A stretch of 62,572 nucleotides of DNA, filler included, from Rhabdomonas costata (GCA_019059605.1; 28 parts of 28 records of this genome joined end to end with filler, not necessarily neighbours in it), one strand, 5' to 3'; counted from the whole stretch's first letter, positions 24,294 through 35,725 are shown. Notes: generated from the sequence alone by a model not told the origin. Numbers and translations: made by a program.

Positions 24294-27200
24294 TGTGCTG
24301 TTAGCGGTTACCCATGTCCCTCTCCCCTCAAAACGCAAAGTCCCACTTTCATTCTCGTGCTTTGTGGTGCACCACACTCGGCATCTGTGCTCGCACTACA
24401 CTCATATTTTGGTGTCTTCCCAAACGGTTAACACGGCTGCCCAATGGTCGAAAGTGTCGTACCATGACAACGTTTCCTTGGGTATGGAGCTAACCGGGAT
24501 TTCTTGAGAAATCAAGAGACCAACCAACCCNNNNNNNNNNNNNNNNNNNNNNNNNNNNNNNNNNNNNNNNNNNNTTAATTAATTAANNNNNNNNNNNNNN
24601 NNNNNNNNNNNNNNNNNNNNNNNNNNNNNNGTGTTGTTTTGAAGAAGATTACATCGAGTTGAATCTTCAAGACTTTGTACATCGAGTTGAAGAATCAATA
24701 CTGGCTTTGGATGTGTTTTGTGGCTTTTTGACCTGACGTGTTGGAATAGGAGTTTGATAATTGCTTAACGCAATGGGTTGAAGGGTGGTGTGTTTAAAAT
24801 CTTTCTTTCATGCATTTTGTTTGGGGTTTTGGTTGTAGGGGTTGAGTTTGTAGGGTGCATCGCAAGCGAGGGAGCTTTGTATTGTAAGTCGTGCGGTGTT
24901 CGGCGAGACTTTGCCTTGATTCGTACTGTTTGGCTGTTGCTGTGCTCACCTTGCTTCTACGCACAAGCCGGGAATAGGGGAAAGCTGTGAAAGGCCAAAG
25001 TGCACACTCACACCCCCATGAAGGGCGCGTGTTGGCTAGAGGGGCGAAGCCAAAGCACACCACAGGCATCATGCAGTCGAAAGCACACCCTCCACGCGGA
25101 AGGGCAGCCCACACGCAGGCAGTTTGCCAAGAGGGTTGGAGTCAAAGCTTGCGCGCCATCGCACCCTCTTAGCCCCGCCACCCCAGAAGGAGGAGAAAGC
25201 ACCACAACCGCCAGGTTACCGAGGAAAAGCGAGAGTCGCTAAGGACCCTGCCCCGCGCCGCGAAAGGCGGCTGAGTGTATTCAAAGCCAGGTAAGCCGGC
25301 TGCGCCCAACGCGCGTCACAGGCGTTCGGGGAGCTGGGAGCCGGGTCCGCAGTCCTTTGAACCCACCGGAACAGGTAAGTGGCCGTCAAACTTGGTTCTT
25401 CCTGCCGCCGCCGCGATCACGACGGGAGCCGTGTCCCGCCCAAGAAAGCCGAAGCCGAATAACCCCGGAAGAAGTAGAATAGACGTCGAAAACTCCGACA
25501 CCAAAGGCGAGAATTTGCATGTCTTCGCTTTTTCTGGCCGGTTTTGGCCAGAAAAAGCGCGGACTTGTTTGTTGGCTACTTCCTGCTGTTCTTTTTCTAT
25601 TTTTATTTCTGGAAACGATGAGGATTGGCATGTGCGTTGGCCTTTTGTTTACGCGTCTTTGGACCGCGGAGAAATGCCACACCGAAAAAGAAATGCCCGG
25701 ATTCCACCGATGGGCACGGATAGCGCGCGAAAATGTAGAAATCGCAAAATTTCAGACGGCAAAAGCGCGTTATCGCCTTATAGCCTTCTGCTCCCCAAGG
25801 ACGTCTCGCGTTCTAGTGGGAACGCTGGAGTTCCGACTGGGCGCGGTGGACGAAGACCTGAGAAGGATTCTGCTGAGGAGGCCAAGTTTCAGCTTTAATG
25901 TCGAGACGGTTTCTCGCTCGGTATGTCCAGTAGTAGTCCCATCCACCGTCAATGCGGTTTATAGGGAATCAGCCAGCCGAATTCGGTGAGGGTTGGGTAC
26001 CCTGAAGCTGCCGCCATCTGGAACTGGTGATGATTTTCTGTTTTTGGAATACCTTCGCAGTCACAAGCCCATCCTATCCAAAAAGCGGATCCAAGGAATG
26101 GACTACCAAGTTTTAACACTTCCAAAGCTCTTCAAGAAGATATTTCAAAAACTCCTTTCGTTATCCGTCGTTAATCCAATGGGATTGTCTTGGGAATAAA
26201 GCTAAACCAAAATTTGGCCATGTTTACCAGCACACACACCAATAATTCACTACGAACGGCTCTGTGTAGTCACTAATGAAATATCCCTGTGAAGGGGAGT
26301 CTGCCCACCTTTTCCCTCGTGGTTTTCACGGGAAATCCAGAAAAGTTTCCCTTTAGACGGGTTCTTGACCTCCTATGCATCATCTACGGAACACGCAGCA
26401 CGTTTGCCCAGTCCCCATTATTCTTTACTGTCGCTTTCCGGCGCGCGATAGGGCACGGCTTGTGCGACCGTTTGGCTTGTTTGCGAATAACACTGATGAT
26501 CTCTTGCTTCCAAGCGCCGGGGTAGGTTCTTTGAAAGTCCAACCCAACCTTGTTGTGAACGATGCTGGCAACCAGCACTCTTCAGCGGGCGGGCGTCCGC
26601 GCTAAGGGCAAAGAGAAGAACACAACACAACAATGCCCACACTGGAAACCGATCGGGGGGCTTAAAGGCAGCGGGGGCGGTCCCTTCGGAACCGGTAGAA
26701 GGGAAGGTGTCTGCCGCCAGTGAAGGCGGGGCGTTCTCTCTGGGGCGGAAAATTTGGATGTCAACAACCCCCCNNNNNNNNNNNNNNNNNNNNNNNNNNN
26801 NNNNNNNNNNNNNNNNNTTAATTAATTAANNNNNNNNNNNNNNNNNNNNNNNNNNNNNNNNNNNNNNNNNNNNGTAAGCCTGTTGAACCGCGGCTACATG
26901 GGCTTCATCTATGGCGAGGGGAAAGAGGGTCGCGAGGGCGAGCAGGAACGGAGCAGTGAGCGGTGGCGTCCGGGGGTCACTGGCCAGGTCTGTCAGAGCT
27001 TGGACCGTGACGTGGGTGGGATACGTCACGGTTGGGGGGTGCTGCGTCGAGGCAATGCTGAGACACGCTCGCTCAGGTGCCGCACCTGCTCGGAGAGCTC
27101 AAGCGCCCAGCATGGGGGTGCTTCCTCCGTCCGACTCCGCTGCGGTCAAGCTCAGAAGACATGAGGGACTGAGGGAGCGTGGGTTCCGGAACACACAAAA

Positions 27201-28899
27201 TTAGGGTATGAAAGAGGTGTACTTTCTCAAAAGCAGGCTCGCAGGCCCGGTTGGTACCCTGCATCCCTATGTAAATGTGGGAAAGCTCGGCTGGGGTACT
27301 GGACCCTCGCTCAGAACCCTCGAAAACAACAGAAAAAATAGAACGACCCGAAGAGAGACGCCTCCCTGAGGATGGGTACGCCATTTTTTATCATTTTTAA
27401 CAGAATCACCTGCTGCATCCTCCGCCACAATGAGTAGCCGTGCGTCAATCCACCACTCCTATTTGAAGGTGCAAAATGTGGCCCACCATGGAGCTCCAAA
27501 CTTTCAAACCAAGGCCATTTAACCAGACGCTGTCTATGATATCCTATTTGGTCCGGAAACCCTCTGTGACACTCATTCAGGTCAAATCCCATGACTGTTT
27601 CAGTGTACGTTGAAAATCGTTTTTTGGTGATTTATTTATTGATTTTACGAACCAGGCCGCACAACCATGGAACGTGTTCTTCGATTTCTCCCACTTTTTT
27701 CCGCTTCTTTCAGCAGACTGTTACAGCCGTGTATCGAAATTAAGGAAGGATTTTAATAAAAATGAGTCCGTTTTTGCATCATGCCCAGCACCGTGAGTAT
27801 TAGGTGTTCCTCTCTGCTCATGCCGGGAAGAAATCGGGAAAGGAGTCCATCTTTTCTCAAAATGTTCGAAATCTCCCCCGCGGTTTTGGGAGTTGATCCG
27901 GTATGTGTTTCGCATGTTGTTTTTTGTCGAAGAGCTTCGATGAAGCGCCCAATGTGATGGGAAAAGAAGAACGTTGAATGGGAGGAGTGATTTCTCCAGT
28001 CTCAGAACCACTTATCGAAAAACAAAAAGCCTCGTGAAACCTGCATGAAAGGACCCCGGTGCAATTAAGAAACCTTACGACAGTTGGGCTCCTGCAGTCG
28101 AACGCCGAACGGGGATCTTTCCGCAGCCCGCAAACCAGCCAGCAGCGCAGAAATATGCTGGCGTGATTCGGCAACTCATCTCCCCCCACGAGGGGGGCGA
28201 AGTGCTCCCCGGAACCTCACACACTGCTTGCCTGTTTTCCAAAAGAGTTGGATGTTGCCCCAAACCCCACTGTAAAATGAGGGCGTCATATTCCAAATTT
28301 TCAAGGAAGACGTTTCCTTAAGTTTTCAATTTTTGACAAGTTCACAAAAACGAAAAAAGAAAAAAGAGAGAGAAATATCAAAGAGAGGTTTGATGACACC
28401 CTCGGTTATATTACCCTCCGTTACTTTACCCGTTTCAACCACCTCCACCATCCTTTCTCCCTGAAGCGGATGCAATCCCTCCCGCGCACTGCCGCGCGCT
28501 GTTAATAAGTGGCAATGCGCCAAGTCACCAACCCCAATTGGTGATTTGGCTACAGAAATGAAAACCTAAAAATGGGACGAAGAGAAACTTCGATACGGAA
28601 AAGGGCGAATAGAAATGGCCATAAATGACACAAATCAATTAGCGTCACCCCCAATTTCCCGCTCAAACCAACACCCTCCCACCCGAAAACGCAGAACCTG
28701 CTCATACAGGTAACATGTCACTTTGCTGCTGACGAAACCAGGAGCACTACCGGTATTAATAATTCGGCTTCGGCTTCGCCCTCAAGAGACGTGAGTTTGC
28801 ATGAATAATGAATAGGTTTAATAATGGAGGAACGGCCGATTTTTATAAATCAAATAATGGAACATTAAAAAATGGATCAACTCGAACCGCCCATTCTCG

Positions 28900-28951
28900 A
28901 ATAAGACTGCATTCCACTTGCGTGGGATTCCACGTGGAATGCAGTCTTATT
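28900..28951. repeat. Perfect 18-bp inverted repeat with an overlapping palindrome
   Basis: AATAAGACTGCATTCCAC...GTGGAATGCAGTCTTATT. The palindrome ATTCCACGTGGAAT lies at 28927-28940. Confidence 0.95.
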
Positions 28952-29772
28952 TGTATAAAATGACATGCTGGCATACCGGCTTTGTCTGTTTCGCCCAAGG
29001 TAACCTCTCCCNNNNNNNNNNNNNNNNNNNNNNNNNNNNNNNNNNNNNNNNNNNNTTAATTAATTAANNNNNNNNNNNNNNNNNNNNNNNNNNNNNNNNN
29101 NNNNNNNNNNNACAGGGGTCTTTTCCCGGTAAATGGGGGGGGGGGTCACCTCGTCGCCCTGCTCGCTCTATTCGCTCGCTGACTTCACACATGGACCTTT
29201 GGGACCGAGCCAGAACCTGGCACAAGTATCGTGACTTGAGCTAGAGGTGCAGGTAGGGGCCCATGCATGGTGTGGGTGTCGGAATATGTGTCCTTCAGCA
29301 TCCTGGAACATCGGTGAAATCACCATCCCCGAAATCACCCGCCACTGGCCCTGGAGGGGTCTCAGACCGGGTGTTCTACACCCGCAGGCTGTGCGCACGC
29401 AACGTGTGTGTGTGTTAGTGTCTTGGGCATAAAATGCGCCGGCTGTTGCCAGTCAGTCGGGTGACTGCTGTGGACTGACGGGCACACGCGCAGTTGGCCA
29501 CGGGTGCTTGCGAGAGGATGCTTCGGAGCGAACGGCGCCGTGGGGTACCGGGGCACTGCCGTGCGTTCCACGTCCAGTGTCCAGTGACCTCCCTTCTTCC
29601 CCACGGGCCTTTGTCGCGCAACTACCTTAATCCAGCCGATACCCGTGTACGTGTTTGTGTGTACCTGACGAAGTTTGTCCTCTTTTGTTGTGACTTTTTC
29701 CGTGGTCTTTTCCACGAGGAAAGGACTAGAACAAAGTGTGCCCCATTTCAGAGGGCCATTTCAGAGGGGAAC

Positions 29773-30834
29773 CTTTTCTTTGTCCTCTGGACTGTTGCCC
29801 ACGCTGCTCAGGAAGAGCCACTGCGCGATGTCCAGGAGGCTCTTCTGCGGCTGCAGAACCTTGAAGCTGAAGGTGAACCCGAGCAGTAGGAACAGAAAGA
29901 TCGTGAAGAACTTGGGGACGTCCGAGCGAAGCACCATCACAATCATCACAATGAAGGGGCCCCCCCCCGCTCCCCTCCACACGCATGCGCTCACCATAAA
30001 ACCCAATGACCCAATGACCCAATCACTATGGTTTCAAAGACATTCTGCCGGATGTTATTTTGGCTTTGACTTGTAACATTAGTAAAGTAGTAGTAAAAAA
30101 CCACAGAAGCACAAACAAGAGCCAGCTACTATATAACGTGTGATGATACAACGTGTGATGGGGAAACACCGGAAAACGCAGCCCAAAGTACACACACGCC
30201 ACACCTCAACGAGGGCCTCGATGACGTCAGTCTCCATAAAATCCACCTGCGGAGAGGTTTGGGCCAGTGTGCCTTGATGTGTGCAATCGTAACATCACTG
30301 CTGATGCTGCACTGCTGATGCAGCGCTTGCGGAAAAGTTTGCAACAAAAACAGAAACGTAACGAAACGTATTACTGACTGCGGTCTGCGGAACACCGCTG
30401 GCTTCGCTCGAGGGGCTGGTACTAAATTCCAGGAGAAGAGTTCCGGCATAAGTAGAATACAGAAACATAAGTATGGAAGATGAGAGAAGGGAGCCCACCG
30501 CTTCGTATTGCACAATCTCGTGGAGCACAGTGTTGTGGTCGTACTGGTCGATGGCGGTGTCCAAAGAGTTCAGCAAGTACGAGAAGCATGTCACGGGACC
30601 ATACTGTGCGGCAGGAAAGCGCAGCAAAAAGCACTTGGCAGTCTCTTTTCTTTCTTGGACGGGGGGAAGATCCCAGGGCAGATAGAGGACCATCAGAGTG
30701 ATCATTCCACCTCTACCTAGTAGCTGCCCCATTCCGGCGCAAACCCGCGCTTGCACTTAGACACGAGCAGAGGCACACTTGCCACAGCAGCTCCCGTTGC
30801 AGCTCCACAATGCAAAGGAACATGCCCGGGCTTC
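29773..30834 (-). CDS. TRPV-like cation channel, exons 30834-30779, 30603-30499, 30246-30205 and ~29961-29773
   Basis: MFLCIVELQRELLWQ|YGPVTCFSYLLNSLD is the TRPV W.YGP...Y.L..D motif, followed by |VDFMETDVIEALVE (pre-S1). GPFIVMIVMVLRSDVPKFFTIFLFLLLGF is the S4-S5 linker plus S5, followed by a pore-helix-like segment. Confidence 0.8.
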
Positions 30835-30860
30835 CTGCACGGGTGCGCAAACGCGGTCGG

Positions 30861-31249
30861 TTGGTCAAAAACGTGAGAAACTCGACATCCAAGAAAGGCG
30901 CTCGACAAACAGACTTCAGAATGACTCCTGCACCAAGCCCTAACAAGCCTTAACACCGGTCAAGCAGCTTTGTCGGCATGCCTAGTCAGGTGACACCTGT
31001 TTTTATACTCTGCAGCTTTCACTTTAATTCCTGACCGTTCTCTTTTCATTCATATTCATTTGATTCTTAAACAGCTTCTCTTGTGCGGTCCAACGCTAGT
31101 TGCCATCGCCCCATCAGGGCATCCAAAAGTGCGCGAGTCGGGGAGGGACCCCCCCCCACAATAAAAGAAAAACTGCGAACCTTCCCTTCCAGGGACGGGA
31201 GATGTCGGGCGCCTTTCTTGGATGTCGAGTTTCTCACGTTTTTCACCAA
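30861..31249. mobile_element. MITE-like element with ~47-bp inverted repeats, inside a TRPV intron
   Basis: 30861-30907 (TTGGTCAAAAACGTGAGAAACTCGACATCCAAGAAAGGCGCTCGACA) is the reverse complement of 31203-31249 with 2 mismatches. The ~295-bp interior is non-coding. The TSD is not visible because the contig ends. Confidence 0.55.
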
Positions 31250-32521
31250 NNNNNNNNNNNNNNNNNNNNNNNNNNNNNNNNNNNNNNNNNNNNTTAATTA
31301 ATTAANNNNNNNNNNNNNNNNNNNNNNNNNNNNNNNNNNNNNNNNNNNNGGTTGGGTTGGGGAGAGGGGGCCCCGCTTGGGGCTGGAGGCTTCGATCGGG
31401 GCCACGTCCGTTGGGCGAGCCAGCGGCGTGGACCCAGAGAGGATAGAGGCAGAGCTGGGCATGGACTCTGTTTGTGGCAGCAGACCTCTCACACTTTGTG
31501 TGGACGGCAGCGGGCGGGCGTGCAAGTTGAGCATTTGCAGAGAGACAGGGAAGGACGAGCGGGCTCATGCGTTCTTGTGACACAAGGAAGAAAAGAGGTC
31601 AAAAACAACACACTGAGACGATGAAGCAGGTGAATACAATCACGAAAACAAGTGCGGCCCCATAATTATGCTGGCTAGGACTATTCTGGTTTGTGGTTTG
31701 GGAAAGGAGTGGGGGATGGAGGAGCTACGTAGCGAATGGCACGAGAGGCATGTCAAGCAATGCAATGAGAAGGCACCTGCGCCAAGAACTTGAAGCCGCA
31801 GCTTGGAGCGCCGCGAACGCTGCGCCTAACAAAAAAAGCGAGGAGGTAAGAGGAGAAATCCATAGGAAAGCCCGTTAACAGGCCAAAAACGCGGCAATCA
31901 AACTGGGGTGAATACCAACCTCCGTCCCAGCTCCAGATGCAATCGACCAACTGTGGGGAGGATATGATGACAAGAAAAGAATGTTTGATGATGCAGGTGA
32001 TGCAGGAAATGGAAGCATTGAGAAGAGCAAGGTGCAACCAACCTGGGAGTTGGGAAAGCGGGAGGGGTAATTGATTTAGCAGGTTATACCGTAACCAAAG
32101 AACACAGCTTTTTGGCCTCAGTTACATGAAAACGTTTGAAATGTGTCATATGCACGTGTGCCAGCCTGGCGGCATTCTATATAAAGCGCTCCCCGGACTT
32201 CAATTGGACACTCGCAACTTACTAAATTCTGAATTTCCGGTGTAACTGCCCTAAAAAAGAAGGAAAGCGGGAAGAAAAAACCTGACCTGGGAATTGCCAG
32301 ACTTGGGGATTATGGGTCAAAAAATACCACTGATACCCTCCCAGCCCATTTGATACAAAGTTGCACAGGAAATACTTTTTACATATATCATCAGGCATTC
32401 CATCCCCCCCCCCCAAAGGATTGATGCAGTTTGCTAATGGGAGGAGGGGGGGGGGTATGCAAGGGGCAGAGTGGTGCACACGCATGGCCCCCAGTGCAGG
32501 AAACGAAGGAGGGAGGGGCAC

Positions 32522-33168
32522 CAGGGCCATGGTGGTGTTCAGGCGGTGGAGCTGGGCGTCCGAGGAGATCAGCAACTGCCGCACGTTCAGCTCCCGCACT
32601 CCCCCGCCAAGGAAGGAGCAGCTCAGCGCTAGCCCCCCAGAGCGAGCCCATGGCGGGCCCGTCTGACGAGGGTAGTCGCAAGTCCGCGTCAGCTCTCGGG
32701 TCTTCGCCTCCGCGGTGTAGTACTGCTCTCGCACGGGTTGCCTGTCGACATCACCAGCTCACCTCCTCCCTCCCTCCCTCTCCATAGATAACTTCGCTTT
32801 CACTTGCCACTCTCATGGTTGGTGAGTCCTATTCCTACCCCTAATCAGACTGTCATTACCGACGATAATAATGAGGCTGAGAGAGTCAGTGGGCTTGGGA
32901 TGTACAAATATGGCGTGCTTAATATTTTCAGGAAATTTTTCACAAACAAACAAGAAACTACAAAGAAGACGTCCCCTTATGCTCCTTGTTTCGGGTGCAC
33001 ACTTGAGTGTCATGCTCATCCTCATCCTGTGAAAACTACCTGTCAAAGAACACGGCGCCTTTGACGTGGCGATCCAGGGCAGTGTAGTTCACGTCCCGCA
33101 CGGCAGGACCTTTCGCCGGTCCTGCTTCGGCAGCATGGGAGGAGTTGACAACAGGGACTTCCCGTGGG
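32522..33168 (-). CDS. Uncharacterised (possibly glycosylated/extracellular) protein, exons 33168-33040 and 32741-32522
   Basis: A phase-2 GT-AG join gives ...DVNYTALDRHVKGAVFFDR|QPVREQYYTAEAK...HRLNTTMAL, with several NxS/T sequons. Confidence 0.6.
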
Positions 33169-33875
33169 CTGTACCCACCACGAGCGCAAACACGACACAT
33201 ATCGTAAAACTGTGAGAGGCAGTTTACCGTCATCAGCCACAACAACACAATGGCCAGAAGAAACGGAAAACGTTCATTGCGTGCCATTACATTGGAGCAC
33301 GACCTCACACTACTACAGATTTACAGGCCACAGTAAAAAGAAATCTGCAATCAAAACCCCCTCGTAATGTATCGTTGTGCACACTGAAAACTGAAGACTG
33401 CAGGACGCCCCTCAAAAATCCGTGAAGGAAATAAGAGCAAACATTAATCCACTATCCGAGATTCAATAACTGCAACACCCCACAAACNNNNNNNNNNNNN
33501 NNNNNNNNNNNNNNNNNNNNNNNNNNNNNNNTTAATTAATTAANNNNNNNNNNNNNNNNNNNNNNNNNNNNNNNNNNNNNNNNNNNNCCAGCCTCCCTCA
33601 AATGTTTCGTTTGCTTTGAATTGCAGAAGAAGAAGCAGTGTTTCCGGAAGCCTCCTAAGAGGTTCCTCCTCAAGAGTAGCTTTATAATCCATGGTTGATA
33701 GATATGCACCCCAAGAAAAAACGCGGATAGGCGGTACCGTTGAGATTCGAGAGCTACGCCAAGACTTAAAATTGCTGCCTTCAACATGCGCTTGTGATAT
33801 GCATGTTTGTGTTTTTGCCTGGTCTGTAGAGGGATCCGGGCATATATTGGGTCGCTAATCTGTTTTCGTTTTCAG

Positions 33876-34654
33876 GCGACCCCGTATTCCATTGGGGTGG
33901 TGCCGTTCCCCACCGCCCAAACGATGGGAGTCCCGGTTATTTCGCTGGCGAATCAGGCGGGGTATTTTCTGTACATTCTTGCTCACACCAGGCGAGGGGC
34001 CTCATTCAACCTCACAACGGCCGTTGCTGCAGCTTTACTTTGGTGTATTGATGGTAGGTGCGGACGGAAGACCGATCCTGATAAGCTGACAACCTGATAA
34101 GCTGATAACCTGATAAGCTGACAAAGGCGAGACGAAGATTTTTTTCAGCCGAAAGGGCACGGCAGTGGCACAGCGCGAGCCACCTGCGAGGCCCATATTC
34201 ACCCCCCCCCCTCCGGAGTTTGGTGTTCATTGTAGTAGTGGCAGAGATGTACATGTAGTCTGTCCGCGCAGGAACAGAGGGTGTGCTTTCTTCACCGTTG
34301 CATCTCCTTGCTCACGTTTGGGCGCACTGTTGGTTCACCGGTTTACGGGAGGAACGTCAGGATGGAAGCATTTGCTGTCACGACTTGAGTGAGCCCGAGA
34401 GGGAAAGTTGTCTTTCATTGTTCCACGACGGTGAGCAGACCGCGAGTCAGCATGGCTAGTGGTACATGCCCTGTTGTTATCGTTGCCATCCTTGGGGTTA
34501 AGTGGCGGAGTGTGTGTTTGTGTGTTTGTGTGTGGTTAGACCCACCTCGCTCTGGTGGATTCCTCAATTCTATGCAGGACAATGGTCGCCCCCACGCTGG
34601 AGACCATCGCTGCTGCCGCGCAGGGGACGAATTTCACGGCGACATACAGCAGCT
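33876..34654 (+). CDS. PstS-like domain, exons 33876-33961 and 34578-34654
   Basis: The splice gives ATPYSIGVVPFPTAQTMGVPVISLANQAG|TMVAPTLETIAAAA, matching the PstS segment TPG.IGYV...A....L.N.AG..V.PT..SI.AA. Confidence 0.7.
34078..34122 (+). repeat. (CTGATAAG/C)n 8-mer tandem repeat in an intron
   Basis: CTGATAAGCTGACAACCTGATAAGCTGATAACCTGATAAGCTGAC. Confidence 0.9.
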
Positions 34655-34842
34655 GTATGTGTGCACATACGCGCTCGTTTGCACTCACGCACAGCATTGA
34701 TGCCCTTGAGAGCAAGGTGGTGAGGCCTGCCTTCGCTTGTTTTCAATGTAGACAGACACAGTCTTGAACCCGGGTGCGTCTCATGTTTTCTACTCGGCCC
34801 TCCTCGGGCCAGGGGAGCCACATGGGTTTGGTTATTTTATAT

Positions 34843-35725
34843 GGCATAAGTAAACTAAACGGGCCATAAGGAAAAGCACGGAAGCACATCAAGGGTCACT
34901 GAAAGTAGCCATCACGTATGCAGCAGAGCAGTGCAATGAAGGGATCCACATCATCAGGGAGGTTCCTACGCCACTGGAACTCCTTGACATTGGCCTCGAG
35001 GAGGTCCCCATGCACACCCCCTCTCGAGCGGAGGAAGGTCTTGAGGGCACCCCAAGTTCCATCAATTCCTTGGGTCGAGACAGTCCTGAGCTTACCATGG
35101 AGCCGTTCCTTACGAGTAAATTCCCCACTTGAGTGATCGACGGAAGACCAGGAAAGGCCAGATTCCTTCGAAAGAGACTCATACGCCCTGGCACCATCGG
35201 TAAAAAGATAGGAGCCCGGAGCAATCTTGTCCACTAAAGGGCGGACATCGCGAATGGTTGGCGGACCGAACCTCCGTTCGTCAGAGTCCTTTTGGACCTT
35301 TTCATAGGCCTGTATGAAGATCCTACCCGTAGATCTGTTATACAGACCTCGGAAGTCACCCTTCACATCAGTGTCGTGGCCATGTAGACCCTTTCTCTTC
35401 CTCCCTACCTCGCACTCATCGGCCTCGACCTCCAGGCCTTTACCCCCAAAGGGGGTCACATCAGAATGAGCAGCTTCCCAGTTGAGGACACACACCCTGA
35501 ACCTTTGTGACCAGGTGGCTACAGTGGGGCGGCTGACACCCAGCATATGCACAAAGTGAACCCCGGCACAGTCATGGGCCCAGAAGTAAGCCAAGAAAAG
35601 CCATTGCTTCAAAGGTAGGGGCGAGGACTCAAGAATAGAGGATTTGATTTGCCATAAATCTTCTTTCGACACTTGGTACATCTCCGGCAGGAAGAACAGC
35701 CATTTTGGCAGACCCCACCCAAAAA
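34843..35725 (-). mobile_element. Merlin (IS1595/IS1016-like) DNA transposon, 3' part; candidate terminal inverted repeat starts at 34843
   Basis: Intronless transposase ORF. About 50 bp past its stop is a GG-initiated GGCATAAGTAAACTAAA next to the AT-rich 8-mer TTTTATAT. Merlins have GG-initiated TIRs and 8-9 bp TSDs. The other end lies outside the contig. Confidence 0.8.
34896..35720 (-). CDS. Merlin/IS1595-family transposase (Zn ribbon, HTH, DDE-type core) with a 1-nt frameshift near 35645
   Basis: Motifs SILESSPLPLKQWLFLAYFWA, GGKGLEVEADECEVG, YLFTDGARAY, VDHS, STQGIDGTWGALK and EFQWRR. The upstream CSSCRRCTKCRKKI lies in the adjacent frame. Confidence 0.92.
   Translation of the reverse strand, partial: GWGLPKWLFFLPEMYQVSKEDLWQIKSSILESSPLPLKQWLFLAYFWAHDCAGVHFVHMLGVSRPTVATWSQRFRVCVLNWEAAHSDVTPFGGKGLEVEADECEVGRKRKGLHGHDTDVKGDFRGLYNRSTGRIFIQAYEKVQKDSDERRFGPPTIRDVRPLVDKIAPGSYLFTDGARAYESLSKESGLSWSSVDHSSGEFTRKERLHGKLRTVSTQGIDGTWGALKTFLRSRGGVHGDLLEANVKEFQWRRNLPDDVDPFIALLCCIRDGYFQ

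Noticed and set aside
24650..24692. TACATCGAGTTGAA direct repeat with a short spacer (similar pairs at 4214-4262, 42298-42337, 57872-57945) as a CRISPR-like array
   Set aside because: Only two short units each, no cas genes, and a eukaryotic context. These are ordinary local duplications.
26555..26590. Minus-strand CTGAAGA plus stem, resembling a hammerhead ribozyme core
   Set aside because: The stem is not followed by the required GAAA.
26874..27170. GC-rich open frames on both strands at the contig start
   Set aside because: I could not assign strand, frame or family.
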